Below, one piece after another: positions 1 to 10,180 of a stretch of DNA of 64,000 nucleotides. Every line of letters starts with the position of its first letter. Position 1 is the first letter of the stretch. The notes beneath the pieces are model-generated. The model was not told the DNA's origin, ran no database searches, and saw only the letters and a program-made list of their open reading frames with translations. A program made the position numbers and the translations under genes. The stretch is from an uncultured delta proteobacterium. GTDB taxonomy: Bacteria > Desulfobacterota > Syntrophia > Syntrophales > UBA2185. The DNA lies in contig CAVSPA010000007.1 in the NCBI GenBank assembly GCA_963729715.1, forward strand, positions 441,051 through 505,050, given 5' to 3'.

Positions 1-1
1 G

Positions 2-1093
2 GCGAAAGACCCACAGATCGTGGGGCTGGGTCCCTTTGTCCGGGCCGATCTCATGCCTGATAAGTACAAGAACATGATCAGCGCCCACCACAGCGTAATC
101 CCGCGCCTGATGACAATTGCGCCCGCGTATTTCCGGAAGGCAGTTTTGGAAGGAATTCCCTACCCGGTGAAGGGATTTTACGCCATGTGCTGCAATCCCC
201 TATTGACCTACGCAGACAGCCGTCAGACTTATGAGGCCCTCATGAAACTGGACTTCCTCGCCATAGCTGATATCTTCATGACCCCGACTGCGGCCCTGGC
301 GGATATCGTTCTGCCCGCAGCCACACAGTTCGAATTTGATGATATCGGCCATCTCGGAATCGGTCACGGTTACCTCCTGGCAAGGCCCAAGGTCGTGGAA
401 CCGCCGGAGGAGTGCTGGCCGGATATGAAGATTATGAATGAGCTGGGTAAACGCATAAGTCCGCCGGAACTCTGGCACGACGATTACCGTATGTTCCTCG
501 AAGACGTCGTCAAACCGGCAGGACTTACGTATGCCGAGTTTGCGGAGAGGGGATACCTGAAAGGACCGGACCGTTTCAAATCCTACGAGAAGAAAGGATT
601 TAGGACCCCATCTGGAAAGGCCGAACTCGCCCTTAGCACAGCGGAGAAGTTTAAATTAACTTCCCTGCCGCAATACAAGGGTCTGCCGGAAGACGACGAC
701 CCCGATTATCCCCTGCTCCTCACCAGCGCCAAGAGCCGCTTCTTCCTCCATTCGTCCTACCAATGGCTGGAAAAGCTCAGGAAACTGAGACCTCATCCGC
801 GGCTGGAGATCCACCCGGAGACGGCACAGAAATACGGCATCAAGGAAGGTGATGAGGTTGTTATCGAAACGAAATACGGCAGGATCACCCAGATGGCCAA
901 CCTGACAGACGGCATTGATCCCCGCGTGCTATGCGCTACCCATGGATGGTGGTTCCCGGAAGGTAGGCCGGACACGCAGTACGATTGGGAAAGATCCAAT
1001 TTCAACATGCTTACCTCTACGGGCAAGCTCGGCAGGGAGTACGGCACGCCCAATCTGAAGGGCCTGCCCTGCAGGATCAGCAGGAAGACCTGA
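2..1093 (+). CDS. Molybdopterin (Mo/W-bisPGD) oxidoreductase, C-terminal part, acetylene-hydratase-like subfamily; 5' end outside window
   Basis: Frame open from base 2. Motifs DIFMTPTAALADIVLPAA, GFRTPSGKAEL, IHPETA..YGI and HGWWFPE are typical of MopB C-terminal domains. Confidence 0.8.
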   Translation, partial: AKDPQIVGLGPFVRADLMPDKYKNMISAHHSVIPRLMTIAPAYFRKAVLEGIPYPVKGFYAMCCNPLLTYADSRQTYEALMKLDFLAIADIFMTPTAALADIVLPAATQFEFDDIGHLGIGHGYLLARPKVVEPPEECWPDMKIMNELGKRISPPELWHDDYRMFLEDVVKPAGLTYAEFAERGYLKGPDRFKSYEKKGFRTPSGKAELALSTAEKFKLTSLPQYKGLPEDDDPDYPLLLTSAKSRFFLHSSYQWLEKLRKLRPHPRLEIHPETAQKYGIKEGDEVVIETKYGRITQMANLTDGIDPRVLCATHGWWFPEGRPDTQYDWERSNFNMLTSTGKLGREYGTPNLKGLPCRISRKT

Positions 1094-1167
1094 GCCTCTG
1101 TTTTGCTGTGAGATGGAAAGAGAAATAGCAGTTACTTAAATCAACCTACGCAGAAAGGAGCAACGCA

Positions 1168-1458
1168 ATGATCAAGCATATAGTCTTCATGAAATTCAAG
1201 GCAGGTGTTACAGAAAAAAATATCGAGGATCTGGAGAAGGCCATGGCAAAGCTACCTGGAAGAATTCCGGAAATAAAAGAGTATCAATTCGGCCGCGATA
1301 TCGTTCATTCCTCAAGGTCATACGATTTCGCTCTGATTTCCGCCTTTGAAGACCTGGAGGCACTGAAGCGTTATCAACCGCATCCCGACCACCTTCCCGT
1401 TCTCACAAAGGTGAAGGAAATATGTGAAAACATTCTGGCAGTGGATTTCAAGGTGTAA
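1168..1458 (+). CDS. Dabb-family (stress-responsive alpha/beta barrel) protein
   Basis: MIKHIVFMKFK...YQPHPDH...AVDF pattern; AAAGGAG RBS. Confidence 0.85.
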   Translation: MIKHIVFMKFKAGVTEKNIEDLEKAMAKLPGRIPEIKEYQFGRDIVHSSRSYDFALISAFEDLEALKRYQPHPDHLPVLTKVKEICENILAVDFKV

Positions 1459-1614
1459 CTTCATCCGTAAAGTGCCAACAGCTTTTCTCGGAGGAATCAC
1501 CAAATCTTCCGAATCCTTGATGTTCATGCATTATCCTCTTGTGCTGCAGTGCACATGGAAACAGATAGAAACGCATCTGCATATAAGAATCCTATCCAAT
1601 CATCGGTGATTGCT

Positions 1615-2400
1615 ATGAAGGCGGCCTTTGTACAGTTCAACCCTCAATTTGGGGAAATAGAAGCAAATGTCAAGAAAGCCGTAAAGCACATCAAGAGAAC
1701 TGAGGCTGAAATTATCGTTCTTCCGGAACTGTTTAATACAGGTTATCTCATAACATCAAAGGACGAGGCATTTGACCTCGCGGAGCCGCTACCTGACGGC
1801 AAGACAACAGAAGCGTTATGTGCGGCGGCGCAGGAAAGAAAAGTTCACATCATCGCCGGTCTGATCGAAAGGGAGGATGAGAATCTTTTCAATGCGGCCG
1901 TTGTTATATCTCCCTCGGGTTATCTGGGAAGGTACAGGAAGGTTCATCTGTTCAACGAAGAAAAACTCTGGTTTCAGCGTGGAGACCTCGGGCTTAATGT
2001 CTTTGACATAGGGATATGCAAGATAGGGGTGATGATCTGTTTTGACTGGTTCTTCCCTGAATCCATGCGCACCCTCGCACTCAAGGGAGCCGATTTGATC
2101 TGCCACAGTGCAAATCTGGTTCTCCCTTTCTGTCAGGATGCGATGAAGACCAGATGCTTGGAAAACCGTGTTTTCGCCGTTACGGCCAACAGGACAGGCG
2201 AGGAGAACAGAAACGGAAAGAGTTGCCGCTATACAGGCAGAAGCCAGATAACGGGACCGGATGCAAGAATTCTGTACCAGGCAGGCGCTGAAACCGAAGA
2301 GATCGGTATAGCCGAGATTGACATTGATTTGGCGCGGAACAAGAATCTGAATCCTTACAACCATGCCCTTCTGGATAGAAGGGAAGAATTCTACAGTTGA
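1615..2400 (+). CDS. Carbon-nitrogen hydrolase (nitrilase/amidase family)
   Basis: E-K-C triad in VLPELF, YRKVHLF and ICFDWFFPE; start set at ATG 1615 (MKAAFVQF). Confidence 0.88.
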   Translation: MKAAFVQFNPQFGEIEANVKKAVKHIKRTEAEIIVLPELFNTGYLITSKDEAFDLAEPLPDGKTTEALCAAAQERKVHIIAGLIEREDENLFNAAVVISPSGYLGRYRKVHLFNEEKLWFQRGDLGLNVFDIGICKIGVMICFDWFFPESMRTLALKGADLICHSANLVLPFCQDAMKTRCLENRVFAVTANRTGEENRNGKSCRYTGRSQITGPDARILYQAGAETEEIGIAEIDIDLARNKNLNPYNHALLDRREEFYS

Positions 2401-2478
2401 TCTGTTCCAAAGGCGAAGTTCAGTATTTCAATATTCTTGCAATACCAGCTAATGCTCTGTTCCTGAAGATGGAGAGGA

Positions 2479-3378
2479 TTAGCGTGCAAGGTGGGATACC
2501 ATGGAAGGAAATTTCTGTCCCATGTAGCGTTCAAACTGCAAGCTCGCTTCGATGAGCATGTCCAGGCTTATGCCGGTCTCTATACCTGTCTCATGGAGCA
2601 TATTGACGGTGTCTTCCGTGGCGATGTTTCCTCTGGCGCCAATGCTAAAAGGGCAACCACCCAGCCCTCCGAGAGACGCATCGAAGATGGAGACCCCCTC
2701 GTTGATTGCCGCCCAGACATTAGCCAGTCCCAAACCACGCGTATTGTGAAGATGAAGGGAAAGAGGCACCTTCTCCGCGACATCCTGCACACGTTTCACA
2801 AGCTTTCCAACTTGCGCTGGATTAGCCATGCCCGATGTATCGGCAAGACAGATTTCGTCCGGTTCTTTTTTCAGGAGACCCTTCACCAGCTTTATGACTT
2901 TATCTTGAGGAACATTTCCCTCGTAGGCACATCCGAAGGCGTTCATCACTCCCGCTCGCACTTCCATGCCCGCACCGTGCGCCTTCCCCATGAGCAGCCC
3001 CGCTTCCCTCATCGCCTCCGCAATGGACGCATTGCTATTTTTCCTGCTGTGCGTTTCGCTTGCGGACACATAAATACCTACCTGCTGCACCCCGCACCGC
3101 ATAGCTCTCCCCAGACCCCTCTCATTTAATACAAGGGCCGCATATACGGCGCCTTTCCTTTGACTGACCATGCTCCAGAGTTTCTCTGCATCCGCCATCT
3201 GCGGCACCAGGCGCGGATTGACAAAGGATGACACCTCGATGCGCCGTACTCCGCAACCGGTCAATGCATTGACGAGCTTTACCTTGTGCTCGGTGGATAC
3301 GAGCTTCTTCTCGTTCTGGATGCCATCCCTAAGGACGACTTCGTGGATTTCAATCTTTCGCGGGAGGCGGCTTTGCAT
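2479..3378 (-). CDS. Hydroxymethylglutaryl-CoA lyase
   Basis: DRE-TIM motifs RDGIQNE, LADTSG, HLHNTRG, GGLGGCPF and GNIATED; start set at ATG 3378. Confidence 0.85.
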   Translation of the reverse strand: MQSRLPRKIEIHEVVLRDGIQNEKKLVSTEHKVKLVNALTGCGVRRIEVSSFVNPRLVPQMADAEKLWSMVSQRKGAVYAALVLNERGLGRAMRCGVQQVGIYVSASETHSRKNSNASIAEAMREAGLLMGKAHGAGMEVRAGVMNAFGCAYEGNVPQDKVIKLVKGLLKKEPDEICLADTSGMANPAQVGKLVKRVQDVAEKVPLSLHLHNTRGLGLANVWAAINEGVSIFDASLGGLGGCPFSIGARGNIATEDTVNMLHETGIETGISLDMLIEASLQFERYMGQKFPSMVSHLAR

Positions 3379-3403
3379 AGGCTTGTTCGGTATGCAAAAA
3401 GAA

Positions 3404-3430
3404 ACAGGGGGAGAATAACTCCTCCCCCTG
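3404..3430 (-). terminator. Probable intrinsic terminator between the two lyase-family genes
   Basis: Imperfect CAGGGGGAG/CTCCCCCTG hairpin followed on the minus strand by TTTCTTTTTG. Confidence 0.55.
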
Positions 3431-3445
3431 CGCGAGACAATGATT

Positions 3446-4624
3446 CTATTTCTTCCAGGCTGTGGGTCCCCATTTTTCACCTAGAACAGCTTTGGGGGAC
3501 CATTCGGGCGGCACCAACTGGCCGGGTTTTTCACCCACTTTCTGGATGAGTTTGGCAAGACCGGGACGGGCGTGTTCCGGATGCCCTTCTTTCAATGTCC
3601 GGCCGTTGATGACGGCCTCGGAACGGAGCCTCCGGCCGATCGTCTTCTCCATCTTTTTTCCGAGCGACAGGACACGGTCCACATTGTACCCGTGCTCGAT
3701 ACCCAGCTCATCGATCATCACCAGGAGATCCTCCATGGTAATGAGACCCACAAACCGAGGATCGTAATAGTAATCGCCCGTTCCTCTTACGGGACAGTCA
3801 TCGAGGAAATTTGCCGGCTGTCCGCCCAGACCACCCAAGGTTCCTTCAAAGCGGGTGATTCCGGCCTGAAGGGCCGCAAGGATCGAGGCGGAAGCGACAC
3901 GCTTCGTTTCATGGAGATGGCAGAGATGAGCATCAGGATTCGGCATGGCGTCGAGCACCATGGAGAAATAACGGTAGACCTGGGCCGCGGACGCGGAGCC
4001 ATCATGGTCAGCATGCTCGATGTCATGGGCGCCGATAGATAAGAAGCGCTTCGTAAACTCCACGGCATCCTCCAGCTTCGTGGCGCCGGTAATGGGGCTC
4101 CCCCAAATGGTGCTCACGGTGCCGCACATTTTCATGCCATGGTCGGCGGCTTTCTTGATACAGCGCTCTGCCTCTTTCCAGTACTGGGTCAGCGTCGTTC
4201 CTGAATTGGCAAAATGGTGTTCCGGATCGGTGGAAACCATCATCAGTATGCGGTCCGGACCTATCCCTTTTTTCCTGAGCTCGATGGCCGTATCGACAGC
4301 GGGTTCGCGGATCGTCACAGCAGTCATGACAAGCTCATCGTATTTGACCCCCGCCCTCTCGCAGCGTTTCTTGAACGCATCACCCCTGAGGGCTGTAAGG
4401 ACCTGCTCTGCATCCCTGAACTGAGGAATGCCAGCCGGGTTTCCCAGGTTGGTAACCTCAATCTCCTTTGCACCCGCCAAGATCATTTCCTGGGCGTAAA
4501 AGATCTTGGCATTAGTAGATATGAATTTTTCTTCGTGCTGGAAACCATCGCGCACGGTTATGTCTCCGATGGTTACCTTCTTTGGCATTTTGGGAAAGAT
4601 TTTCCAATAATCATATTCCGTCAT
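3446..4624 (-). CDS. HMG-CoA-lyase-like DRE-TIM metallolyase (pyruvate carboxyltransferase domain)
   Basis: RDGFQHE, HADHDG, HLHET and GTLGGLGGQP motifs. Confidence 0.8.
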   Translation of the reverse strand: MTEYDYWKIFPKMPKKVTIGDITVRDGFQHEEKFISTNAKIFYAQEMILAGAKEIEVTNLGNPAGIPQFRDAEQVLTALRGDAFKKRCERAGVKYDELVMTAVTIREPAVDTAIELRKKGIGPDRILMMVSTDPEHHFANSGTTLTQYWKEAERCIKKAADHGMKMCGTVSTIWGSPITGATKLEDAVEFTKRFLSIGAHDIEHADHDGSASAAQVYRYFSMVLDAMPNPDAHLCHLHETKRVASASILAALQAGITRFEGTLGGLGGQPANFLDDCPVRGTGDYYYDPRFVGLITMEDLLVMIDELGIEHGYNVDRVLSLGKKMEKTIGRRLRSEAVINGRTLKEGHPEHARPGLAKLIQKVGEKPGQLVPPEWSPKAVLGEKWGPTAWKK

Positions 4625-4690
4625 AGAACAGTAATGACCTCCTCAATTTTATTATTTATTAAGTTCAACGTATCGCCGGGTGAAAGAGTG

Positions 4691-5491
4691 TTATTCCCCT
4701 TTGAATACGGGTTTACGTTTCTCGGCAAAGGCCGCCAGTGCCTCCAGTCGATCCTTCGTCGGGATGGTAACCTCATAAGCCTTGGACTCAAGCGGGAGCG
4801 CCACTCCGAGGCTCGCCTCGGAGCCGTAGTTGATGGCGAACTTCGCCTGGGCAACGCCGATGGGGCCGTTCTTGGCGATCTCTCTTGCCAGTTCGAGCGC
4901 CGCTTCCATGAGCTTATCGGGTTCCACAACCCTGCTGACAAGACCGATCTGTAGAGCCGTCTCCGCATTTATTCTTCTCGCCGTAAAGACCAACTCCTTG
5001 GCTTTTGCCACACCAACAATCCTAGTCAGTCTTTGAGTTCCGCCTGCGCCGGGGATAATCGCCAGAGAGGTTTCGGTTAATCCCATGAGGACGTTGGACG
5101 AACAGATACGGATGTCCGAGGCAAGGGCGAGTTCCGTGCCGCCGCCAAAGGCAAATCCGTTTATGGCTGCAATCACGGGGACACGGACCTGCTCTACGGC
5201 CGTGAAAGTGTTGCGTATCGTGAAAATGAAGCGGCGAACCTGGTCGTCTGACAGCGTCCGTCTTTCCTTCAGGTCTGCGCCTGTAGAGAAGGACCACTTC
5301 TTGGGATCGTCTCCCGCCTTTGCGCCGGTAATGATGATGCAGCGGAGACCCATGTCAAAATTTGCTTCCCTTACGGTGTCGGCCAGTACGGCCAATAGAT
5401 CAAAGTTAAAACAGTTCATAGCCTCAGGACGATTCAGCGTGAGAATAACGATGCCCTCATCAGTCCTTTCTTTTAAAAGTATATCTGCCAT
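4691..5491 (-). CDS. Enoyl-CoA hydratase, probably methylglutaconyl-CoA hydratase
   Basis: FSTGADLKER, GFAFGGGTELALASD and ETSLAIIPGAGGTQRL; AAGGAGG RBS before ATG 5491. Confidence 0.88.
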   Translation of the reverse strand: MADILLKERTDEGIVILTLNRPEAMNCFNFDLLAVLADTVREANFDMGLRCIIITGAKAGDDPKKWSFSTGADLKERRTLSDDQVRRFIFTIRNTFTAVEQVRVPVIAAINGFAFGGGTELALASDIRICSSNVLMGLTETSLAIIPGAGGTQRLTRIVGVAKAKELVFTARRINAETALQIGLVSRVVEPDKLMEAALELAREIAKNGPIGVAQAKFAINYGSEASLGVALPLESKAYEVTIPTKDRLEALAAFAEKRKPVFKGE

Positions 5492-5527
5492 AGGAATACT
5501 CCTCCTTATTTCACTCTTCAAGCGGGA

Positions 5528-7183
5528 TTAGACCTTCAGATCACCCCAGTCTGACTTGTCTATAGGTACGCGATAGCAAAGTTCCAATGACCTGCCTAGC
5601 TTTTCTCGCGCTTCGCTGTAAGTGATTACACCGTCGTGGAACAAGAGCGAACCTGTCAGGAAGGGATGCCCTTCGTTATCATAACGATCTATCATCATCT
5701 GGCGGAATTTGGCCATTTCTTCCTCGTTAACCGTTTGTCCTCTGTCGACGATATTCTTCCTGCGGACGCTCTCCACGATGAAACCCGCTGTGCGGCCGGA
5801 CATAACCGTAGTGCGGCCTCTCATATTTGTAAAGCAGAAGACCGGCCTGAAGGCCCTCCCGCACATACCATAGTTTGCCGCTCCGTGATCTGGACCAATG
5901 ACGTACTGGATTTTCGGAACGTTCAGCACGCTGCACGTACGGACCATGTCGGACCCGTATTTCCCGATGCCTCCCCATTCCTCGGCCTTTCCGACCATGT
6001 AGCCAGGAGAGCCCTGGAGAAAGATAACCGGCAGCTTCGAGTTTCCGCAACGGATCATCCACTCCGTCGCTTTTCTTGCCGCTTCAATATATATGACGCC
6101 TGTCCCATTGGAAGCGATGACGCCTACGGGCATGCCTTTCAGCCACATCTTACCGGCAACGACACTTTCACCACGGTTGAGGCCGTATGTCGGTTTGTAT
6201 TCATGGAAATAGCTGTCATCAGCAATACACTTTAGGGTGTCCCTGATGTTGATTGCGTTATAGGTATTCATGGGGGCGGAGCGCATCATGTCCCTGTAGT
6301 CATATCTTGGTTCCAGGGTTTGTACGCGGTCGCAGTGAATCGACTGGCTTGGTTCAAACTCAATGATGTCCCGCAGCTTCTGGATACCCTCTGCCTGGGA
6401 TGTCACGAAATGGTCGCAACCGCCGGAGTGCTGGGTGTGAACATAGGCACCTCCCAGGTCTTCCATGGACACGGTCTCGCCAATGGCGGACTTCACCATG
6501 GGGGGGCCTGCCAGAAAGGCAAACGCCAGCTTTTCTATCATGATTGACTCGGAAGCGAGATAAACGATGTAGGCGCCGCCCGCCGTGTTTCCGCCGGTTG
6601 ACAGAGTGTATTGTTTGATTCCCATGGCGGACATGCGGCACATGTTGTAGAACATGCTGCCAAAGTGCCCGTCGTCAGCGAAACAGCCCAACTGCAGGGG
6701 AAGGTTGATGCCACCTGAGTCGGCAATGTATACGCAGGGTAATCGGAGGCGTTCGGCAATCGCTTGGGCCCTCATATGCTTCTTTAGGGTGATCGGGAAA
6801 TAGGTTCCCGCCGCATAGCGGTTTTCATTGGCAAAGATCATGCAATCCTTTCCATGAATGACGCCTACGCCGGTGACCAGTCCGCCGCCGGGGATATTAC
6901 CCCTTTTCTCTGATTCGTAGATCTCTCCCCCGTAGAGTTTTATCTGTCCGATGTTGTAGCCGGCATCGAGGCCAAGCTCAAAGAACTCCGTACTAGGATC
7001 GATCAACATCGAAATGAGTTCTCTCATCGGCTTCTTGCCCTGTTTGGCAAGACGCTTGAGCTGCTCCTCACCGCCGATGTTGTATGCCTCTTCACGGTGA
7101 GTCAAGAGGATAGCGTCCTGTTCCTCCCAATGTTTCAGATTGTTGTCGTCTCCTGCCATACCTTGTTTCATTTCTTCCGCCAT
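5528..7183 (-). CDS. Acyl-CoA carboxyltransferase subunit (methylcrotonyl-CoA carboxylase beta / glutaconyl-CoA decarboxylase alpha-like)
   Basis: KKHMRAQAIA, DSGG, TAGGAY, FLAGPP, EDLGGA, GYMVG and GAANYGMCGRAF. Confidence 0.88.
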   Translation of the reverse strand: MAEEMKQGMAGDDNNLKHWEEQDAILLTHREEAYNIGGEEQLKRLAKQGKKPMRELISMLIDPSTEFFELGLDAGYNIGQIKLYGGEIYESEKRGNIPGGGLVTGVGVIHGKDCMIFANENRYAAGTYFPITLKKHMRAQAIAERLRLPCVYIADSGGINLPLQLGCFADDGHFGSMFYNMCRMSAMGIKQYTLSTGGNTAGGAYIVYLASESIMIEKLAFAFLAGPPMVKSAIGETVSMEDLGGAYVHTQHSGGCDHFVTSQAEGIQKLRDIIEFEPSQSIHCDRVQTLEPRYDYRDMMRSAPMNTYNAINIRDTLKCIADDSYFHEYKPTYGLNRGESVVAGKMWLKGMPVGVIASNGTGVIYIEAARKATEWMIRCGNSKLPVIFLQGSPGYMVGKAEEWGGIGKYGSDMVRTCSVLNVPKIQYVIGPDHGAANYGMCGRAFRPVFCFTNMRGRTTVMSGRTAGFIVESVRRKNIVDRGQTVNEEEMAKFRQMMIDRYDNEGHPFLTGSLLFHDGVITYSEAREKLGRSLELCYRVPIDKSDWGDLKV

Positions 7184-7248
7184 TTATAATCCTCCTAGAT
7201 ACTCCCGGATTGAATGTCACCTTGGGAGCTTTAATACTTAAAAGAAAA

Positions 7249-8019
7249 CTACCTTCCGATAACGTAGCGATACGGGTCTATCTGATCCCTCAGGATGGAC
7301 AGTTCGCCTGCTGTTGGAGGTTTGTTCTCCACGATCTTTTTCGCCTTCAAAAGTTCGAACCCACAATTGGCCTGAACATCCTTTTCGGAATAACCCGGAT
7401 TGACCCCTATAATCCGCATCCTCTTTGATTCCGGTTCAAAATCCATAACCGCCATATTGGTAATAATCTTGTATGGACCAGCCCCCCGCGGAAGGCCTGA
7501 TTTCTCCCTCGAATCGCCGCCCGTTAGCCAGCCCGGCGTTGTAATAAATTGACATTTCTCGGCAAATCTCTTGGAATCCTGGGGCGTCATAACGAGCATT
7601 CTCCAACAAAATGAAGCGAGGTCATTGGCACCGCCACTCCCCGGGAATCGAACCTTCGGTTTCTGATGGTCAGGACCGATTCTCGTGGAATTCAAATTTC
7701 CGTACATATCAATCTGTGCACCACCGAGGAAGGTGTAATCGATCATGCCACGACAACACGTTTCCATAATTTCACACATGCCGCTTGCCATCAAGGCCTT
7801 CCAAGTAGTTCTGGAATCTCCCACGGATATGGGCATTTCAGGGATCAAGGGTGCCGCCCCGCCGGCCTCAAAAAGGATTACCAGGTTGGGTGAGTGGGCC
7901 TTCTGCGCAAGCATTGCCGCCGCATTGGGAGCTCCAGTTCCGACTACAATAGAAGCCCCGTCTTCCAGTTCTCTTGCAGCGGTGCATATCATTAGTTCCA
8001 TGGTATTATAATCAGCCAT
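7249..8019 (-). CDS. gctB: Family I CoA-transferase, beta subunit (GctB-like)
   Basis: VGTG..., ILFEAGG (candidate catalytic Glu), FLGGAQIDMYGNLNST and PGSGGAND. Confidence 0.8.
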   Translation of the reverse strand: MADYNTMELMICTAARELEDGASIVVGTGAPNAAAMLAQKAHSPNLVILFEAGGAAPLIPEMPISVGDSRTTWKALMASGMCEIMETCCRGMIDYTFLGGAQIDMYGNLNSTRIGPDHQKPKVRFPGSGGANDLASFCWRMLVMTPQDSKRFAEKCQFITTPGWLTGGDSREKSGLPRGAGPYKIITNMAVMDFEPESKRMRIIGVNPGYSEKDVQANCGFELLKAKKIVENKPPTAGELSILRDQIDPYRYVIGR

Positions 8020-8036
8020 ACCGTTTAGCCTCCTCT

Positions 8037-9029
8037 CTAATCTCTCGCTTTGACAAACATGAATTCTTTGTCCCTGAGTTTCAGCAGTTTGTGTATGCCG
8101 CCGTTCTTCTCGACATATTCAAAGTGATCCTTGCAGCTGTAAATATTCTTTTCGATGAATTTCTTGAACTCGACCGGATCCTCTTCCGTTTTCATCCATT
8201 CTCTTATATGTTCCTCATCGGAGAAATATTCTGCATACATATTTCCGGGATAACTGCCATAAGGGACCTCACATACGGCATCTACGCACCAGTAAGGAAT
8301 TACTGTATAACTCGGATCTCTGCGTATCTCATCATTGGAAATCAGCCTTTCACAGGTAATAATCAGACGCTTGGACGCCCTTGCCACATCGAAATCGGAA
8401 ACGGTGATGCCTCTCGCACGGCAATTGCCATAGATATCCGCCTCATGAACATGAATCGCCGACACATCCGGATAGAGGGCTGGCATGGCTGCATACTTTG
8501 TTCCCGTAAATGGGCACTCGATGATTTTGGCGCCGCTGTATTTGAATGTGTCCGTTCCCATAATATTTCTCGATGGGTAGAAGGAAACACCTGCAGCTGC
8601 AGCCTTGAAGCGTACGGAGAGTGAATAGTTGGTCCATTCACTCACCTGGACCTTGCCGCTTTCCATATAACGCCTCGCGTTGGGGGACAGACCGCGGGCC
8701 TCAAGACCGACAATATAGGCAACATCCAGCTTGTCGAAAACCTCACCGGCGCACAGAATCTGAAAATCATGGGTGGATGTATGGCCTGCAAAACCCATAT
8801 TCTTCCTGCCTTGCCTCACGATTTCATGTGCAACTGCTATAGGCACCCTGTTTGCCCCGAAGCCGCCGAGCGTCAGATAATCGCCGTCATGGACGAATTT
8901 TTCCACGGCTTCTTTTACAGACATCACCTTGGACTCCAGCTTACGGTTCTTCGTGCGGAAGAATGCACGCGCCTTGTCCGCATCAGGGTCCGTAAAGATT
9001 TTGCCAATTCCTTGATCGATCACTTCCAC
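8037..9029 (-). CDS. gctA: Family I CoA-transferase, alpha subunit (GctA-like)
   Basis: KVMSVKEAVEKFVHDGD and IHVHEADIYGN; GTG 9029 follows AAGGAGGT. Confidence 0.8.
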   Translation of the reverse strand: MEVIDQGIGKIFTDPDADKARAFFRTKNRKLESKVMSVKEAVEKFVHDGDYLTLGGFGANRVPIAVAHEIVRQGRKNMGFAGHTSTHDFQILCAGEVFDKLDVAYIVGLEARGLSPNARRYMESGKVQVSEWTNYSLSVRFKAAAAGVSFYPSRNIMGTDTFKYSGAKIIECPFTGTKYAAMPALYPDVSAIHVHEADIYGNCRARGITVSDFDVARASKRLIITCERLISNDEIRRDPSYTVIPYWCVDAVCEVPYGSYPGNMYAEYFSDEEHIREWMKTEEDPVEFKKFIEKNIYSCKDHFEYVEKNGGIHKLLKLRDKEFMFVKARD

Positions 9030-9326
9030 CGGACTATACCTCCTTTTCATTATTCGCAGCGCCCACCCATATGAATAGTTAGGGAGGATCGCCCTGTTAA
9101 AGATGTATGAACTGCATCCGCCGAAATCAGGCCGATTAGACTACCGCACTGTCAGCGTTACTTAATTAATCAAGCAATAACCTTTGCTTAAGGTCACACT
9201 GGTTTCTTTTATTCTACTGATCAACGAGATAAAGGTGCTGAAAAAATGGATATATTTCAAATGAGACGCTCTATCAGTTTTCTTCCTTCTCTTATAAGAG
9301 CAATCAGTAAATTTTTATCTGCCTGT

Positions 9327-9353
9327 ATTGTACCAAACAGAGAGGGAAAGCAA
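9327..9353 (-). promoter_or_regulatory. Candidate sigma70 promoter of the gctA operon
   Basis: Minus strand TTGCTT-N15-TACAAT with TG extension; spacer is short. Confidence 0.4.
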
Positions 9354-9696
9354 TATTAAAAGGTTTATAAATAATATTTAGATAAAATTAATTTTAGATA
9401 AGTGACAATCAAGGCAAAAGATCCCCATTGCGCTGATTCAATTTTCGCAAGAAAGTCAACGGTATTATCTCTAAAGCCGGTCACGAAAGTTTGGTCCGAT
9501 TGAAATCTGACTCTGTTGAGGTAAAAGTTTTTTCTTATTGCGTAAATAAAATTTGCTTTCTTCGAGGAATAACAGTTGTAATAGATAAAGTCTCTTTTCC
9601 CCTTTAATAATGGAGGCGTTATTTGAGACAGCGAATCCATTTGATTTTTAATTATTAGTTTTTTCTAAATATTATTTATAAACCTTTTAATATTGC
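9350..9696. repeat. Perfect 33-bp inverted repeat pair (9350-9382 / 9664-9696) in the divergent promoter region
   Basis: GCAATATTAAAAGGTTTATAAATAATATTTAGA at 9350-9382 and its exact reverse complement at 9664-9696. Confidence 0.95.
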
Positions 9697-9721
9697 CTTT
9701 CGTAATTTTTTTCCATACAAG
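9693..9721 (+). promoter_or_regulatory. Candidate sigma70 promoter of the CoA-transferase/IVD genes
   Basis: TTGCCT-N17-TACAAG overlapping the end of the right repeat copy. Confidence 0.45.
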
Positions 9722-10180
9722 ATTGTGCATGATACTTCCCTCCACAGGGATGCGTGTGGCATGCGCCCGTCAGCAGCATATAGGACGCAGTCTTGTCGTT
9801 TCATGCTAAGATTCTTTATCGCTTATGCTTGCAAAGTCAGCAACTATATGAGATATGCCTTGATGTCGGCAATAGACGGAAATTGAGAACATCTCAAAGG
9901 GTTCATATTGGTGACAAATAGAAAATCCTGTTTCTGCTTATTATCAAATCACTTACGCCTTAACGTTTCTGCTATGAACAAACGTTCTATGGGCTGTGCC
10001 AAATACGGAGCAGGCCCGCGGCATATCTTCTACCCGCTGCAAGATTAGGCTACACCTGGTAAGTTTTTTTTAGATAAATTTATATGGATAAGTAATATTA
10101 TAAATCTGTATACCGCTTAAGAGGGGCTGAATTAATTCGGCTGAATGTCAAAACTTAATTACCTTAAGGAGGGAGTCAAG

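Noticed and set aside
7249..9029. AibAB-type methylglutaconyl-CoA decarboxylase
   Set aside because: The beta subunit keeps the Glu (ILFEAGG) equivalent to the GctB catalytic residue that AibB lacks, so a true CoA-transferase is more likely.
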